From Guillardia theta CCMP2712 (Eukaryota > Protista > Cryptophyta): DNA of 64,000 nucleotides. Position 1 is the stretch's first letter, and every line of letters starts with the position of its first letter. Where the stretch lies: assembly GCF_000315625.1 (NCBI RefSeq), contig NW_005434660.1, positions 296,711-360,710 on the forward strand, read 5' to 3'. The notes under the pieces were generated by a model. That model was not told the DNA's origin. It did not search any database and was given only the letters and a program-made list of their open reading frames with translations. Positions 29,420 to 41,537 of the stretch are shown here, piece by piece. The translations under genes and the position numbers were made by a program.

Positions 29420-31232
29420 GACAACATTACTTGTCATAGAAAGAAGGGCATTTGTCCTCACCTCCTCCTGGCTCAACTTTCTCAACTCTCCAGGCACAAA
29501 CAGCTTCGACGGGGAGTCTATGGCATGGTCAAACTGACTAGCGTCAGGTATCTACTTTTCCCTTACCCTCCCATCCCATGCTGCCCCCGTTCTCATCGCC
29601 CGTCGATTTCACTTCTTCCCTTTTGATTCCCTTGGGCTCTTCGTCCAACGTTCCCCTGCAAGAAGTCACAGAAGGATCTGAAGCTGGAAGAGTGGGGGAG
29701 AAGTTTAGGAGCAGCGGTGAATAGGAGGAGAAGAAGGGAAGGAGAAACGAAAGACAGATCTTGTGGAGGAGAGAGGAGCTGGGCAAGTCGAGCAGGTTGT
29801 TGTGGGAGGCATACATCGACTCTGCTAGCTTCAAGATGTCCAACAATCCACTGGTCACTGCCTCTTGCGCCTTGAAAGCTGCTATCAAACAAATGGAAGA
29901 GGAAAGCTGCAGTTCCAACCTTGAGCGTCTGCTCGTCGTACACCATAAGCTTGCCCCCCTCCATCTTTGTCTTCACGAGCTTGTCCTCGTCTGCACGACT
30001 GTCAGCACAAGAACGCCATCGCCTCGTCTCCTACCGTCCTTCATTGCATCTTCGTCGTTCATTCCATCTGGTCTTGCGGGGCTGAGGACCTCCTCAAGAA
30101 GATTCACATGCGTCAGGTATCTGCATCCTTGTCAACACGAGCAGAGGCTTCTGCTCGACGACAACACCTCCCGACGGCTTCTCTCTTCCTCTCGAAGTCT
30201 GCCTCCTCGCAGACTTGGCGAAGACGGTCGTCCCTCTGGTGGGAGAGGATCAGGAGCACGAGCAAGACGGCAGCATGGGAACCTGAAAGGGATGGTAGCG
30301 ATAGCGAATAGAAGGAATTCGGGTCAGGCCGTCGCTCGATGGTTTAGTGGACTTCTTGAGTTGATTCTTCTTCAACTCCCTGCCATGTAGCGTCACAGCA
30401 GCAGCCGTCTAAGGCCTTCCTCCCTCACGCTTCTCTGCGAGCAATCGCTGTCGGGTATCCACTGAGTTCGCACACAGACCGTCATGCTAACAGCAAAGGT
30501 GAGAGAGCTGTGGTACCGGGGGGCCGGTCCGAGTTTCTCAAGAAGCTCCAGGCACTCCTGTAGGCAGGTGAGACACAAGGCAAGCCATGGCAACTGTGTC
30601 GGAGCATCTTGCCTTGGATCGTTCACACCAGTGATCGTACAGCTGCTTCGATGTCCTGTCTGTCTTCATTTCCTGCGCTACCCTTTCCCAGCCCTATCAT
30701 GGTAGCAAGTTCAAACGTCATGTTGAGAACCTTTAGCACCTCAACAAAGAATTGCTTTTCATCAGAAAGCACAGCAGAGACACAATCACCATCACATACA
30801 CATCCGACATATCTCATTGCAACAACCATCGCCGCACTTCATGATCACATCGGATCGTAAATCCAATTCGCAGTCTGTGGGCTCCTCACCTTCACCCCAA
30901 AGTTCTTCACCGCCTCCGCTAGCATTCGTTCCTCGATGTCGTCCCATCTCTTGAAACCTGCATAGATGTGAGTTTCATCAGTGGAAATACAAAACCATCT
31001 GCTCCCATCTCATCCCCCTATCTTCTCAACCCATCCTCTTCCTCCCCTCTGTCAGCTACTTTTTCTCAAACGCCCTCGCATGCTATCCCCCATCTTCTAA
31101 ACAATCCAATCGTCCTCCTGCCAATATAACTTCTCCTCCTCCTCCTCCTCCCCATTCCCCCTCCCCCCCCCTCCACGTGCACGCGCGCGTCTTACTTCGC
31201 TTCCCCGACATGCCCGGCAGGTGGCTCGCCAT
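29420..31232 (-). CDS. Hypothetical multi-exon protein, possible N-terminal Myb/SANT-like segment and coiled coil
   Basis: RWDDIEERMLAEAVKNFG resembles the first Myb helix; charged downstream exons; 3' end approximate. Confidence 0.45.
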
Positions 31233-31305
31233 GGTGACCGGGGAGGCGGGAGAGGCGAAAGTTTACTCATTTACACCAGCAGGCTCGCCTCAATGAAACA
31301 GAGCG

Positions 31306-32396
31306 ATGAAAATGGCACAGTCGCTTCTGATCTTGTTGGTAGCGGCGAGCTCGAGAGGAAGAAGAGATGCTGGAGGAGGAGGAGGAGGGGGAGGAGGAGG
31401 AGGGGGAGAAGCAGCCGTACGAGGAGCAGGAGCAGGAGGAGAATTTGTAACAACATACACAACATACAGCGCTCTATTCAGGTTCACCACAAGGGAGCTT
31501 CCTGAACGGTATGCTTTTGATCGGTTAAGGGGGGGATGTCCTGGGTCTGGCAAATGCACAGATACAGATAAGGAGAATTTTCCGTCAGCGATCAGGCACT
31601 TGCCTCCTGAAGATGGTGAGGCTTCTCAGCATCGAGGCTTTCTTGCCTTATGAGCTGTGCAGGTCTTGACTCCAACTGTGAGATCCTGATGGGCGGACTT
31701 GAGGAGGAGATGAAGCTGTGGAATGAGGAGGAGATAACGGCCACTGCTCACCAATGGACTGGTTGTGACAAGTCGCCAGGGAATGCAGGAGCTCACGTCT
31801 CGGGTTTCAGTCAGGGCCGCATGCCAACAGAGGATAATGGAGGAGAGAAGGAACGGAAAGATGGGACAGCAGAAGTTGAGGAGGCTCAGGATTGCATCGA
31901 TGTCAGCGCACTCGTCTCAGAGGCGGACGCTGTGGAGAGAGAGATGATGGAAGAGACGTCCTCGAGACATCACCTCCCAGAGACGTGTCATGATGGTGGG
32001 AACGCTCCCTGCCCTGATTGTGCTGTTCCTCGGGCCAGCCATCACAGCGGGCTGAGCGGCTTGATGGAGGAAGCCTGGGGTCAGGAGCTCAACATGTGGA
32101 ACGAAGAGCTCAAACTCAAAGACTGGAACTCAGAGGACGGGGGCTGACACTGCAGGTGATGGGAGCCCGGCGTCGATATGTCTTGATGAGATCAAGGGGG
32201 TTTAGGGAGGGTCCACGCCCTGTGGCGGGTCACGACGCCTTATGCATGCTGAATTTGCCTTAAGAAGATAAGAAGAGAGCGTGAATCTCTGTCTTTCAAC
32301 ATCCTGAAGAGAATTCCAATTCAGATGAACGAGGTATCTTTTCTTTGTATGTACACTCGATCGAGACTTTTGTGACGCTTTCGACAGGCCGAGTAA
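31306..32396 (+). CDS. Hypothetical acidic protein with signal peptide and RLRGG motif
   Basis: MKMAQSLLILLVAASS...FDRLRGG; ORF 31650-32147; short terminal exons. Confidence 0.55.
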
Positions 32397-32635
32397 CTTT
32401 CTCTACATAGAGCCAATGACGGACGGATGCTCTTCTGGTCCTGACTTTCTTCGAGTCGTCAGTACTTTATAGTCTTTCGTCTCTGAGCAGGAACGTGTCT
32501 GTTTGCAGAGGGAAAATGCTTTTGGGATCTCATTCAATAGTTTATTCCGTGAAACATGCTAATTTACATAAAAGGGGAAGTCATAAATTCCATGCGTGAA
32601 GGCAGAAAAAAAAGAATCCATGTTCTAAATGAAAT

Positions 32636-32977
32636 TCACTGTGCAACGAAATTCCCAAGTCTATCAATAACTGGCGTGGTTGCCTTCCCAGCCGACACGA
32701 AGAATGAATAAGAGGTTTTTTCCGAAAGATTCCCAAACCGATCGATAGTCTTCTCCTGATGTATATTATACAGCGAATGTTCAAAGAAATGGAAGAATCG
32801 TGGCTTAACTTTGTCATCGGTGCACAAAGACTCATTCTTGTCGCTCATAATATTCTTACTATCATACCCGGCTAGATTTTCTCCTTCATTGCTCATGTGC
32901 CGCTCAGAAGACCGACAGCCAGCGCTCACAGTGCTTGCCCTGTTCTCAGAGCTCTCTCCGTGTACCAGGTTGCACAT
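32636..32977 (-). CDS. Hypothetical protein (fragment or first exon)
   Basis: 113-aa ATG-initiated ORF downstream of a GC island; no recognisable domain. Confidence 0.3.
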   Translation of the reverse strand: MCNLVHGESSENRASTVSAGCRSSERHMSNEGENLAGYDSKNIMSDKNESLCTDDKVKPRFFHFFEHSLYNIHQEKTIDRFGNLSEKTSYSFFVSAGKATTPVIDRLGNFVAQ

Positions 32978-34436
32978 TTTGACTTTAGTGTGTAGTGAGG
33001 GAGGAAGGAGGAGGAAGGTGAGGATGGGAGGTCGGCAGAGACTAACGTAAGGTATTGTGTAAATTACTACAGGGGAATGTGTGGTAAATTTTCCAATCTC
33101 ATGTCACTCTTCGACGAACAGTTCTAGTTTGAAATCTTTGAAAAGCTTCGTAGGTGCTAACCCATGATGCTTACAGTCATCATTTCCTTTCTTTACCCCT
33201 CAAAAAGTCAGCAAAGCAGAGTGATGCGCGTTGTAAACAGGTCACTGTCTGTAAAATGGTGACATCGACTCAGACTAGCTGTTTGCTCCGGCTTTGCCCA
33301 GGGGCCGGGACGTTCCCCTCAGCGCCCGGCCCGCCCGGCCGGGTTGTCGGGACGGTCGGTCCCGTCACACCGTCGGTCTTTAGTACTCAAAGTTAAGTTA
33401 AAAATCAGTCGGTGCTGATAACTCCGCCGCCTCCGGGAGGCACGGTCACGGAGTCCTGGGCGCGGCCGGGCCCGGCCGGGACTCCGCTCGCCGCCACCCG
33501 GCCGGGCCCGGCGTGGCAGTGGCGGCGAGCAGCGACGATCATCGGCGGCGGACCGTGAAGTTCGGGCGCCGGTTGGCGGCCGCACTGCAGTCACGGCGGC
33601 CGGGCTCAGCCGCTGCCGGGCGGCCACCGTGCGGCAGTGAGGCTGGCGCCCGGCCGCGCCCGAGACCCGGTGACTCCCGGAGGCGGGTCACCGGGTGCAT
33701 AGCGTTGCCGTTCCGTATCCTTGTCGGATCAGTCAACCAGGGTGGTTCTCATAGTAGTTTTAGTCAAATTAAAGCGGCAAGAGAAAATTGAGCTAAAAAT
33801 GTTTGCTCCGTCAATTTATGTACCTTTTTCGTTGCCAGGCCATCCAAGACGAGAAGGGCAATGTTGAGCAAAACCTTCCTCTATTTGATATGAATAGGCG
33901 TGTATAGTTGACTAAATAATCATGAGGTGGCTCGGGGTAGGTATTCAAATGATTTGAATCTTTCCAACGGCCTCCAGCCCGTGTTGAGGGGTAGGGGGTA
34001 GTGCAAACTTCTCGTATCAATCTAAAACACTTGTAAACGACCTCACACTTGCCCCGGTCTCTTCCCTATCCCACTACTCCCAATGTACTCAGGGACTGTT
34101 TGCTCAGCTGCTGAGCGCAGTCAAGGACCATGGCCCCTCAATGTTAACTCCTGAAAGTGCCAGGCAAGTACTGAGATCAAACAGCTCAATTCTTGGCTGA
34201 GAATCACACCTATAGTAGGTTGAATGTGAAAGGTATGCATCGAAATTTGCACTTGCGTACCAAAGCACTCATCAGCTATAGGTGCTGGTTATTCACTTCC
34301 AGAAGAAGGGAAACATGAAGGGAACCGATCAGAGAAGCAACCTTCGAAGACATAAAGGAAATTCGATTCTCCTTGTTGTGTTGACGCCCTAGCTTCCTTT
34401 ACCTGAATGCTTCGTCGGTTGAATATGAAACATATT

Positions 34437-35700
34437 TCAAGAGACTTCCTGTTGCTTTGCCATGATTGCGTTTTTTGAGGCTTCTCCCAACCTATTGTAA
34501 TATGGCGGTGTCATTTGTGAGGAGGTGAGGAGTTTGAGAGGCTGGGGGAAGGAGAGGGGAGGGGTTGGAAGGGAAATGGACGCCTGGGAGGCCAGGCTAG
34601 TTGATATGCCTGATCGCTGCGAGAGGAGATGCCGGAGGAGAGACTGTTTACTCAAGACCACTAGCGAGGAAGGCAGGAGGGCGAGGAGGACATGAGAGGA
34701 GAGGAAGGAGAAAGCTACGGGTAGAGACGGTTTACTTGACAGCACTAATGAGGAAGGGATGCTTCAGAGCCTCCAGTGCCGTAATCCTCGTGCGGGGATC
34801 GATGTCGAGGCAGCAGTTGAGGAAGTCCCAGATCGCATGTTTCTCATCCACCTCCAGCCAGTCCTTGCATCCCGCATGCGCGCCCAGGGAGCTTGACAAG
34901 GTCCGCCATGTTTGCTTGAAACCGCGGGCATAGCTGAGATGCAGTTCCAATGGTGGAATCTGAATGACATCAAGTTAGCAACCTCAGGCCTCCCTCCTCC
35001 ATATCACCCTCATCCTCATCCTCTTGATACAACAACGCCGACGACAACAATTTTACCTTAACGTCGAGCTTGAAATCTTCGATAACATCTCTGATCTTAT
35101 CTCTGTACTGACCCGTATACCCATAGTTGTGCTTCCACACAGCATCCATGCTCTTGATGTACATGCGCAAGCTGCTCAGACAGTCAGACAAGCGCACTTC
35201 CAAGGTACACAAAGAGATCTCCATCGTTGCCGTGACTATGTCGTTATGCTGGAACCATTGGAACTGTGTCGTGCGGCACAGCAGGGTAAGCAGTACTACC
35301 CCAGCAGCCCACACGTCCACTGCTGTGGTCTGGCACTGCATGCCCATGAGCACTTCGGGCGCTCGGTATCCCCGAGTTCCCGCGCGGTTGACTGGACGTT
35401 CGAATTTGACCCCTGAGTTCCTCACTGTCACCGATGCGTTCGTCTTGCTGACGCCCAACATGATCCGCCTCTTCGCCATCTGCTGCGCCATCTCTAGTTT
35501 CTCCTGCTCCTTTTGATTCCGCGAGGAGCGAGAGCTGGCCGTAGAAACCTCACAGGGCAAGATGTTGCCGATGCTGCGGCCTGATGAATGCATTTGTTTC
35601 TATGCCAGCCCAAAGTCCACAAGCAAGTACTTCTTATTCCTTCTGTCGTAGAGCCTCCGAGGAAGTTATTCAATTTCACGTCTCGATGTATAATAAATGT
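34437..35700 (-). pseudogene. CDC7: CDC7-like Ser/Thr kinase pseudogene, 5'-truncated
   Basis: IIHRDVKLNNFL/YDRRNKKYLLVDFGLA* with an 8-bp frameshift (35651-35658) and a TAG at 35600-35602; RAGTRGYRAPEVL..QTTAVDVWAAG; LDIDPRTRITALEALKHPF; subdomains I-V not found. Confidence 0.85.
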
Positions 35701-36365
35701 ATAATGTATAAGACAGTTCTTGCTCAAGACCGAGTTTAATGCACACTGTGACACGAAACCACTGAGAATTGAGGCAGCACCGTCTGCACATGAGACGTGA
35801 CTCCCGACTGTCACAGTGGTATGCTAGAATATGAAACTCAAGCATCATTGCAACGCCGCCGCTGTTCATCACACGGACGGCCCACTGCCCGGTACCGCCG
35901 GGCATTGCCGCCGCGTGGGGCCGCCGCCTGGCTCGGAACTTGACTCTCACCCGGGTCAGTGACCGTTCAACCGTTCAACGGTTGACTCACCGGTAGCCTT
36001 GAAGCCTGGGACCGGTCCGCCGGAGAGTCCGGCTCGCCCGGCCGCGGCCGTCGGACCTTGAGTTTTCAGTGTTCAATCATAACTGATGGCAGCGGGGCTA
36101 TCTGATCGGACTGGCCGCACTGCAGTGCGGCATGGCTGGCATGCTGATCCCGGCATTAAGAGTCGGCAGTGCCGACGGTGACCGTGTCACGCGCCGGGCT
36201 GCGGCCGCGCCGGACTCGACTCGGAGGCTCGGAGCCCGCGTCCGACTCGGAGGCTGGCCTGCCTGGCATTGCCGCGCCCTGAGCCCCGGGCGGCGCTGAC
36301 TCATGGCATGCCGGAACTTGGAACACTCAGTGCGCCCGAAATGATTCAGGGCCACAAAAAATATT

Positions 36366-36908
36366 TGGAACAACTTGAAAATTGAGGGGTTGTTCGGCCT
36401 GAAATCTTTGTGTGTCACGCAAGCAAGTCCAACCTACATGGAACAACGTGAAAATTGAGGGGGTGTTCGGCCTGAAATCTTTGTGTGTCACGCTCCTCCA
36501 AGTTTCAAGTTGTTCCATATAGTTTGGAGCAAGTCCAACCTACATGGAACAACTTGAAAATTGAGGGGATGTTCGGCCTGAAATCTTTGTGTGTCACGCT
36601 CCTCCGGCCTGAAATCTTTGTGTGTCACGCTCCTCCAAGTTTCAAGTTGTTCCATATAGTTTGGAGCAAGTCCAACCTACATGGAACAACTTGAAAATTG
36701 AGGGGGTGTTCGGCCTGAAATCTTTGTGTGTCACGCTCCTCCGGCCTGAAATCTTTGTGTGTCACGCTCCTCCAAGTTTCAAGTTGTTCCATATAGTTTG
36801 GAGCAAGTCCAACCTACATGGAACAACTTGAAAATTGAGGGGATGTTCGGCCTGAAATCTTTGTGTGTCACGCTCCTCCGGCCTGAAATCTTTGTGTGTC
36901 ACGCTCCC
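36366..36908. repeat. Tandem array, 137-bp period, each unit with a 65-nt hairpin and two copies of a 26-31-bp direct repeat
   Basis: Eight copies of CGGCCTGAAATCTTTGTGTGTCACGC (36395, 36468, 36574, 36605, 36711, 36742, 36848, 36879); three full palindromes with 27/30 paired arms and a GCAAG loop. Confidence 0.97.
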
Positions 36909-36926
36909 CGGCATCGCAAGTCAGCT

Positions 36927-38819
36927 TTGATGGCCATTATGGCCTTCACAGGCGTGGCTGGCCCTCCGAAGCTCAATCATGATGCATCGCCAATACGATA
37001 TCAAATATCAAAATAAAAATATCAATGTTGAAAGTTTCCCGCCACTGTGAACTCTGCGAAGCCGTACAGATATGAGGATGTGCAGCGTTTGACAGAGCAA
37101 GACAAGTCAGGTGAGCATTTATCTCTTTTTTTTTCATCGAAATTATCACGGGAAGAGATCCAAATGACGTGTTCTTGATGCAGGTTGGAATGATTTGCAG
37201 CCTTTGGCAACTTGTATGAGATTGATGAACGGGTGAAGACTTTGGCAAGTGCCCAACCAATATTACAAACCGGTATCCAGGAGTACGTAGACGTACCAGT
37301 AAGCCGCCCAGCATACAAAACTCTCGAGACAATGGCTGCATACGAAGGGGTTTTCGACACATCGCAGAACTGTCCCGATGTGAAAAGGTTGTGACATGAA
37401 ATGGGCACAAACAAAGATAAGTTCAGGACTCGGGAGTCGATCAGGTCTAGGCAAAATATTGACATGGTCATCTCACTGCATGGAAGAACATGCAAAACTG
37501 AAGGAAAAGCTCAACAGAAAGTTCTAAATGAACATCTACAGCGCATTTTAGCAGTCACGGTCGGAGCAGGTTGATGCTTGAAACAAAGATGATCCTCAGT
37601 ACAATCGAATGATGACAAGTAAGTCCCGTGGTTCGTGAAGGATTCTTCATCCAATTCTTAAGGATGTGTTGGAACGATGAAACATTTTGCAAATCACCAA
37701 TTTCATCACACTGACTGATGCATCATGTAAATATTACTGGTGTGAACTTGCATCAGATTCTGTTCATCGGATGAACCGCTACCAAGCAGTTGATGTCACA
37801 GCAAACAAGAGAGCCGTTTTGAAGATGCTGATATTCCTGACCGTAGAGCATTCAAGATGTGGCCACATGTCACATGCTTCTTGGTTAACGCAGATACACC
37901 CTCGCCAGGCAAAAGATGGAACGTCTTCAGGATTACAGGGAGGTCGGTTGTGCTTGTACCCTGATTGTAACTCTTCTAATAAAGATATGATAACCTGAAT
38001 GTGCAATTCTGTTTGTTGATTCACAGTGTTTGCGACTCGATTGCAATCATCGAGTGCTTGCTCTGTTGAACAAGGCACTCCTCTGTAGAGCCATGCGACA
38101 AGAACACTACAGTTGCACGGTAGCATTGCGACACCAAGACAGGATTGATCCGATGAACGTCTCATTTATTGATACGCAAAGGCGTCATCTGCACATTGTT
38201 TCATTTCTGACTAGGTTTCTGTGCAATCGAAATCCTTGTGAAAATATCATGAACGAGGAAAAATTTGAAGCGAAACGGAAAAATCATCGAAATATGATCA
38301 TGGATATAGTGATTCATGATCAACAACGGTTCTCTACAGTCATCTATGCGGGCAGGAACAGTCATCTTCTGTGCAAACGTCTCTTCATGTATCGTTGAAC
38401 GGTTGAGTGCATGTAAGACTTGCCTCCATAGAAAGGTGAAGTGCATGAATCCTGACTGTAAGACTAGAAGAATTGAAAGCAAGTGATGACATGAGAACAC
38501 ATATCTAGACAGAAAAGTCGCTCAAGGTACAGCTGGATACAAATTTCTCACAAATCACAGTCATGCATTTGAGCGCAACGTGCAACCTACGGCAATTTGA
38601 ATAAAGGGTCAATCAGAGTTGATTCTGTTCAATGGTGTATCGATTATCAATTCCTTACCTGATCATAAAAATTTCATCTTGTCTTCGAAGAATATTTGCA
38701 AGTACACCCGCGGATTGTTTGAACCTAGGGTGCATATTCCATTGCAGGATGGATGATTCAAAACCTTGGCCCAACCTGTAGAGTTGAGAAAGAAGCTCGA
38801 TCATCTCTTACAGGTATGA
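36927..38819 (+). pseudogene. Decayed multi-exon gene of unknown family inside the 5.8-kb element
   Basis: Long frames interrupted mainly by TGA (e.g. LE*FAAFGNLYEIDERV..KRL*HEMG; ~38340-38819); Cys cluster ACKTCLHRKVKCMNPDC. Confidence 0.55.
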
Positions 38820-39968
38820 TATGAGATCTTCATCTCATTTCTATCTCAGTTGGGTTGGATTCGAAGTCTCTCAATATCAAGGTTCATCCTGGTGAGTCAG
38901 GAAGGCACCATTTCATCGCTTCTTGCTCGTCCAGGGAGAGGGGGCTTGGGGAATGAGAAATGGGGGTTACCCCCACCCCCTATTGTAGAGTTTCAAACTC
39001 GTTCAAAGGTGGGTAGTTGAGGGTGCTCCATACCCACCCCACCACCCAAAATGACTCAAACGGAGGGGTTCTCGGATCCGAAGGAGTCCCGCCTCCATCA
39101 CCCCCTCTCATTTGAATTGAATGGTTCAGGCCGACCCCACATACAGGCTTGCAGTTTTCTTATGTATGCCCATATGATTTGATCGGACAGGCCCCAGGTT
39201 CAAGGGATGAAGCAATCACCAGCATGCTTGAAGATTTTTCATGGGAGTGGGGTTATACTTGTACCGGGTGTGTACAATACATAGGGGAGAACCCCGAATG
39301 GTATCAAAAGAGTACCAAAGTCACATGGTTCGGACTGTACTAACTGGTACCAAGAAATTGTACTCAAGAAGACCCTACCCCTGAAAAAGTCCTGCTTGGC
39401 TCTTCGTGATTTGAATTCGGAACACGGTCGGAAGACCCACCCCGCCCCCACATGAGGCGTGGTATGCGTGGATTTGAATCTACCACCCTCACCGCGAAAC
39501 GTTTTAGAGCTACAAGGTCAATTGAGAAAGGCAACGCTATGTGACTGGGCGCCCCCCCGCCCGGCCCGGGCCGCCCGGCGGGCGGCCGCCGCGCCCGGCG
39601 CCCGAGCTCGGAGTGAGTGATCAGTAGGCTCAGAGGCTAGTCACACTCAGCCCGGGTGCCGCCGGACCCAGTCCCTCTCAGGCTCCGAGGCTCCGAGCCT
39701 AATGACGCCGCCGGTGCCACGGACTCCGAGGCTCCAGGATACGATGATGAAAGAGTGCATGCAGTAAATTCAGTACCGTGTTATAATCTACACACGAAGT
39801 TGGGTTTGCGCTTGACCCGTCTGGCACGGTTCTGCTTCTCGTCCCCCAACGTTGACGTCCAGCTCGTGCAAATATTCTAAGAAATCATCCCTGCCGCAGC
39901 AGCAGACCACGTGCGTTCCAACCTGACACGGCCCGCATGCCCTGCTCGGCAGACGGGTCAGATTGATA

Positions 39969-40791
39969 TCAGATGATCACGTAGGGCTGAGACCTCCGCA
40001 AGCCAACAACTCTGCCACAAGACGGGCACGTGTGCCTCACGTTCTTCAGGTTGTCGAGGCAGAAAGGAATCAAACAGCAGCCTAGCCAGCAGCCCATCGC
40101 ACAGAGTATGCCAGCGCCTGGACATGCTAAGTAATGCCACAGTCAGGTGCACAGAAACTCACTTGTCCATGAAAGCGGGGTATGCTCGTAGTGGTTGGCA
40201 GAAAAATCTTCTTGCTTGCAATATGGACAACAAAATATCTACAGTTGCAATCAGCGTCAACAATGCACTGCTTGTCCCGTACCTGTGGATCTTGACCCCA
40301 TCTTAGCTTCCCCAGACTCAAGACTTGAAGTATCTGCCCTGTTTGAAGGTTTTCTGGATCCAGGTCGGGTTCTATCGATGAAGGTTCACCGAAGAGCGAA
40401 GGCTTTTTCTTTGCCTCTAACGCAACGGAGTTGACAAACAGCGGGGCCTGAACCTTGCCAGCGTTCGCCTGGCCGCATCCATCAGGCACACCACATAGAC
40501 TTCGATGACATCATTCACCTCAAGAATATCAGGCCCGGGCTCTATCTCATCTATTCTCAGAGTTATATCTCCCACGTCACGCTGCTGGCTGCTCTCAAGG
40601 GTTGCTGGGCCGCCAGCATGTTTGCAATCCTCTCCTTCCTCCGTTGATCGACCAGCATGCTGGGAAGGACTTCCCTCTGATTCTGGTGCATCTTCTGGGT
40701 GACCTGTGATTGTTGATGACTCTGAACACTGTAACTTCGCTTCATGGGCAGAGTCTTGCAAGTTTCTGGCCTCATCGGAAGGTTTTTCCAT
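39969..40791 (-). CDS. LITAF-like zinc-ribbon domain protein
   Basis: Spliced C-terminus FCCPYCKQ...[37 protein letters not shown]: two CxxC knuckles around a hydrophobic segment. Confidence 0.88.
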
Positions 40792-41537
40792 GCCCCCCGT
40801 CGTTATGGTGGCGCCCGTTAACAGGTTCGTCGTTTAGAATGATATATCACGACATATCTGTGACTTACAATCAGTCAGATAGCATGCGAGACCCTGACTA
40901 AATGCAAAACAAATAAATGTAGATAAATGCAAAACGCCAACAAGCATCAATCACAGAGAATTAGGCGTTCTCAAACTAGTAGCTAGTTTCAAAATGCTTC
41001 TTTGCAAATATTTCATCACATTATCAGATTCTGTTCACGAGTCCCAATCATACCATCTCAACTCGCATCTCACTGCCCGTTTCGCAGTCCCTTGCTCTTC
41101 CTCCTCAAGCCGCCATTGCTCCTTCACCTCTGAAGCGAGCTTGCCTCGCTGCCCGATTCTAGGCAGCGGCCCGGGCCGGCCCCGCGGATCCGATCGGTGA
41201 TCCGAGCCCCGGGCCCGGCGGGATTTGCCAGGGCACTGAATCGGACATGACTCTGTGACTCAGTGATGCCATGATGGTCGGTCCCCGGGCCCGCCGGGCA
41301 GACTTGCCAGTCTCTTTACTCATCGGTCACTGATGAGTCGCCACACCGGCCGCTATCAAACTTCAAACATGACCGGCGTCATCCGATTGATTGAATTGAA
41401 AACGGACTTGAACTTCAAGAATGCTAACTAACTAAGTTGCCACCCGCGGCCCCGGGCCGGCCGCAGCCGCGCTGAGCAGAACCGGGCTGCCGCCCTCGCC
41501 GCGCCGCCGCGCTGGAACTGATTTTGGAAGTTCTTTC

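Larger units (their letters stand above)
33698..39541. mobile_element. 5.8-kb TIR-bounded composite element (Pack-type) with CAT...ATG ends
   Basis: Left end CATAGCGTTGCCGTTC..CCTTGT vs reverse-complemented right end CATAGCGTTGCCTTTC..CCTTGT (15/16 identical); TG flanks both sides; both ends lie exactly at GC-island borders. Confidence 0.7.

Noticed and set aside
36366-36908. CRISPR-like array
   Set aside because: The sequence between repeats is itself repeated, so there are no unique spacers, and no cas-like genes are nearby.
36927-38819. UGA recoded as Trp or Sec in element genes
   Set aside because: TAA/TAG stops and His/Cys enrichment also occur in the decayed genes, and host genes use TGA as stop; CpG decay is simpler.
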